Origin: Pseudomonadota bacterium
GTDB lineage: Bacteria > Desulfobacterota > Desulfobacteria > Desulfobacterales > Desulfobacteraceae
Assembly (NCBI GenBank): GCA_043827005.1
Contig: JBDRPM010000028.1
Coordinates: forward strand, 27,006 to 91,005
Reading direction: 5' to 3'
Length of the DNA stretch: 64,000 bases
Position 1 is the stretch's first letter. Every line of letters starts with the position of its first letter. Positions 62,198 to 64,000 of this stretch are shown in pieces. The position numbers and the translations under genes were made by a program. The notes under the pieces are model-generated. The model was given only the letters and a program-made list of their open reading frames with translations, did no database searches and was not told the DNA's origin.

Positions 62198-62629
62198 CTA
62201 AAGCTCTGCCTCGAACTGAGGAGGACCAATTTGTCGCACCAGCTGGTCCATCTGATTCACCTCTTTTAAAAAGGCCCGGTTGCAAACCGTACAGATGGCT
62301 GTCAGACGAAGACGGTTCAGGTCGAGCGCCATATCCCTCATTTTTTTATAAACCGTATCCAGCCTTGTTGCCAAAGCCTTATAAGCGCCTTCATAGGGGC
62401 ATTCTTCACCACAGGACATGACAATGATGCCGCTGATCCCTTTTTTAAAGCAGTCAATATAAAAAGAGTCAGGGAAAAGAACCGGAGCCCTTACCCGCAG
62501 AATATACGTATTTGCAGGGTAAGGGGAATGGGCCTGACCCACTGAATCTGCTCCTGGATAGGCACAGGTTTCTGTGGCAAGTATTAAAATTTTGTTCTCT
62601 TGTTTTTTTGCCTGGGGTGACATCATCAC
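62198..62629 (-). CDS. MvhD-like (hydrogenase delta) Fe-S subunit, variant
   Basis: CAYPGAD..G, YP...ILRV, GIIVMSCGEECPY, RL.L, ICTVC. Confidence 0.8.
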   Translation of the reverse strand: MMMSPQAKKQENKILILATETCAYPGADSVGQAHSPYPANTYILRVRAPVLFPDSFYIDCFKKGISGIIVMSCGEECPYEGAYKALATRLDTVYKKMRDMALDLNRLRLTAICTVCNRAFLKEVNQMDQLVRQIGPPQFEAEL

Positions 62630-62633
62630 CTGC

Positions 62634-62882
62634 CTATTTGTTTCGGGTTATAAAGTGCCTGTCATATCCATCTGCCTCAACAAAGCCAAGATATCCATGT
62701 CCGACCTTTCCGGCCCATGCCGGAATATCGTTTCTTGTTCCTCTATCATTGGACAGGATTTCCAGAATCTGGCCCACCTGAACTTTACCAACGCCTTTTT
62801 TGGCTTCAAGAAGTGGTCCCGGGCATGCACTGCCTCTTGCGTCAACCTGGTTTGAAGCAACTATTGAATTAAGATCTGTCAT
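62634..62882 (-). CDS. tusA: TusA-family sulfurtransferase
   Basis: VDARGSACPGP (CPxP), GQILEILSND.G..DIPAW. Confidence 0.92.
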   Translation of the reverse strand: MTDLNSIVASNQVDARGSACPGPLLEAKKGVGKVQVGQILEILSNDRGTRNDIPAWAGKVGHGYLGFVEADGYDRHFITRNK

Positions 62883-62963
62883 GTTTTTATCCTTTGTTTT
62901 GTGTTAATAATAGCATCTTTCCGTCAAATTCAGATGCAGCGTTAATTTCAATTACGGGCATAG

Positions 62964-62979
62964 AGCAAACTTGGTGCCA
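62964..62979 (-). promoter_or_regulatory. Sigma-54 promoter of the tusA-hdr operon
   Basis: TGGCACCAAGTTTGCT: exact TGGCAC-N5-TTGC consensus. Confidence 0.85.
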
Positions 62980-63123
62980 GAGCCGATAAAAACAAGCATT
63001 GGTCTGCCACAAAACACATAAAATTTTAAATAAAATAAGGTTGTTATGATATGATATGAAAAAATAAGAATATTGATAATCGAAAATTGATCGTTAACAA
63101 AAACCAAAGGGAACGTTAAGGTT

Positions 63124-63152
63124 GCGTTACTTTTTTAGATATGTTGTAACGC
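63124..63152. promoter_or_regulatory. Candidate shared enhancer between divergent sigma-54 promoters
   Basis: Inverted repeat GCGTTAC-N15-GTAACGC, with further CGTTAA half-sites at 63092 and 63113. Confidence 0.45.
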
Positions 63153-63247
63153 CTAATCAGGAATAAAAACCATTTAAAATAAATCACCCCTGAAACCCCT
63201 ATAAAAATCATCAATCAGATAAAATTACAGATTTTAATCTAATTGTC

Positions 63248-63263
63248 TGGCATCAAGTATGCA
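63248..63263 (+). promoter_or_regulatory. Sigma-54 promoter facing an ORF-less transcript
   Basis: TGGCATCAAGTATGCA with correct GG/GC spacing; shares the CAAGT spacer with the tusA promoter. Confidence 0.7.
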
Positions 63264-63273
63264 TAATATTCTT

Positions 63274-63387
63274 TTCAGTTAATCAGATAAAGTAAAGACA
63301 TTTACTTACCTCCAAGAATCTGAATAACCACCTCACCGTCCTCCGGGGCAGCTTACTACCGTCACGAGCTGCCCCGGATTTTTTTTT
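63274..63387 (+). ncRNA. Candidate sigma-54-dependent small RNA
   Basis: Lies between a sigma-54 promoter and a plus-oriented terminator; no start codon; three C-rich anti-SD-like motifs. Confidence 0.55.
63342..63387 (+). terminator. Rho-independent terminator, plus-oriented
   Basis: Perfect 12-bp stem TCCGGGGCAGCT/AGCTGCCCCGGA followed by T9. Confidence 0.85.
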
Positions 63388-63395
63388 ATTAGAAG

Positions 63396-64000
63396 TCACG
63401 GCTGAATGGGGATATTCCATTTTTTCATGTATTTCCATATGGAGGCCCGGCTTAAACCCACACGCCTTGCAACTTCTGCTTTATTCCATTTGGTGTCATG
63501 GAGTAGTTCGATCAATTTCTCGCTGGTCAAAGCACAAACAGGTTGATTCCTTTTCATCGGTCGCATTATTTTTTCTTTTTCAAAATGCCTGGAAATTTTA
63601 TCAGGTTCCCGGATTTCAATGGGAAGGTCGGATAAATCGATCTGCCTGCCGGAACATAAAACAAAGGCATGCTCAATGGCATTGGCCAACTCTCTTATGT
63701 TCCCGGGCCAGGCATAATCCATCAAAGCCTTTAAAGCCGGCTTTGTTATTCCATCAGCTTTAACTGCGGCTTTTTCATTGTTCATTTTAATAAAATGGTT
63801 GACAAGCAGCGGAATATCTTCTTTTCTGTCCCTCAAGGGGGGCAGAAAAATAGGAAACACTTTAAGCCTGTAATACAGGTCTTCTCTAAACTGGCCGGCA
63901 TCTACCAGAGATTTCAGGTCTTTGTTTGTAGCGGTAATGACACGGATATTGATGTTACGTTTTTTGGATTCACCAACCCGTTCTATTTCTTTTTGCTGCA
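63396..64000 (-). CDS. Sigma-54-dependent enhancer-binding protein (Fis-type HTH), C-terminal part; 5' end outside window
   Basis: Frame continues to the window edge: [55 protein letters not shown]. Confidence 0.93.
   Translation of the reverse strand, partial: QQKEIERVGESKKRNINIRVITATNKDLKSLVDAGQFREDLYYRLKVFPIFLPPLRDRKEDIPLLVNHFIKMNNEKAAVKADGITKPALKALMDYAWPGNIRELANAIEHAFVLCSGRQIDLSDLPIEIREPDKISRHFEKEKIMRPMKRNQPVCALTSEKLIELLHDTKWNKAEVARRVGLSRASIWKYMKKWNIPIQP

Noticed and set aside
56904-62882. Selenocysteine read-through in HdrA/MvhD/DsrE genes
   Set aside because: All reading frames are complete, with no in-frame TGA at a catalytic Cys position.

Overview
A 64-kb stretch of an AT-rich-intergenic bacterial chromosome. 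Gene content (class III tetrahaem cytochrome c, HdrA/MvhD/TusA/DsrE, tungsten-type aldehyde:ferredoxin oxidoreductase, sigma-54 promoters) points to an anaerobic Desulfobacterota, probably Desulfobacteraceae-like; this is inferred, not searched. Positions 1-2567 are the decayed end of an island integrated at an initiator tRNA-Met (radical SAM gene, frameshifted tyrosine integrase, higBA, arm-type repeats). Positions 2.7-52 kb are mostly housekeeping and metabolic genes (hldE, thrH, hom, purM, tsaD, nagZ, acnA, pepA, malic enzyme, asd, glnK-amtB, a 2-hydroxyacyl-CoA dehydratase/BCR-like trio, corA, sulP, gapN, fbaB, recBC without recD, aor, deaD). The most interesting part is 52.5-64 kb, a sigma-54-controlled sulfur-relay/Hdr-like locus. 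It comprises tusA-mvhD*-hdrA1-hdrA2-wHTH-hdrC-hdrB/D*-dsrE, a rhodanese-fused CoA-persulfide-reductase-like operon, a structured intra-operon element, and a divergent sigma-54 promoter driving an ORF-less ~115-nt transcript with anti-Shine-Dalgarno motifs and its own terminator (candidate sRNA). Also seen by eye: a dispersed two-hairpin repeat family (4 copies), a MITE, and a collapsed flagellin relic. All product calls come from motif recognition only; no database search was run.
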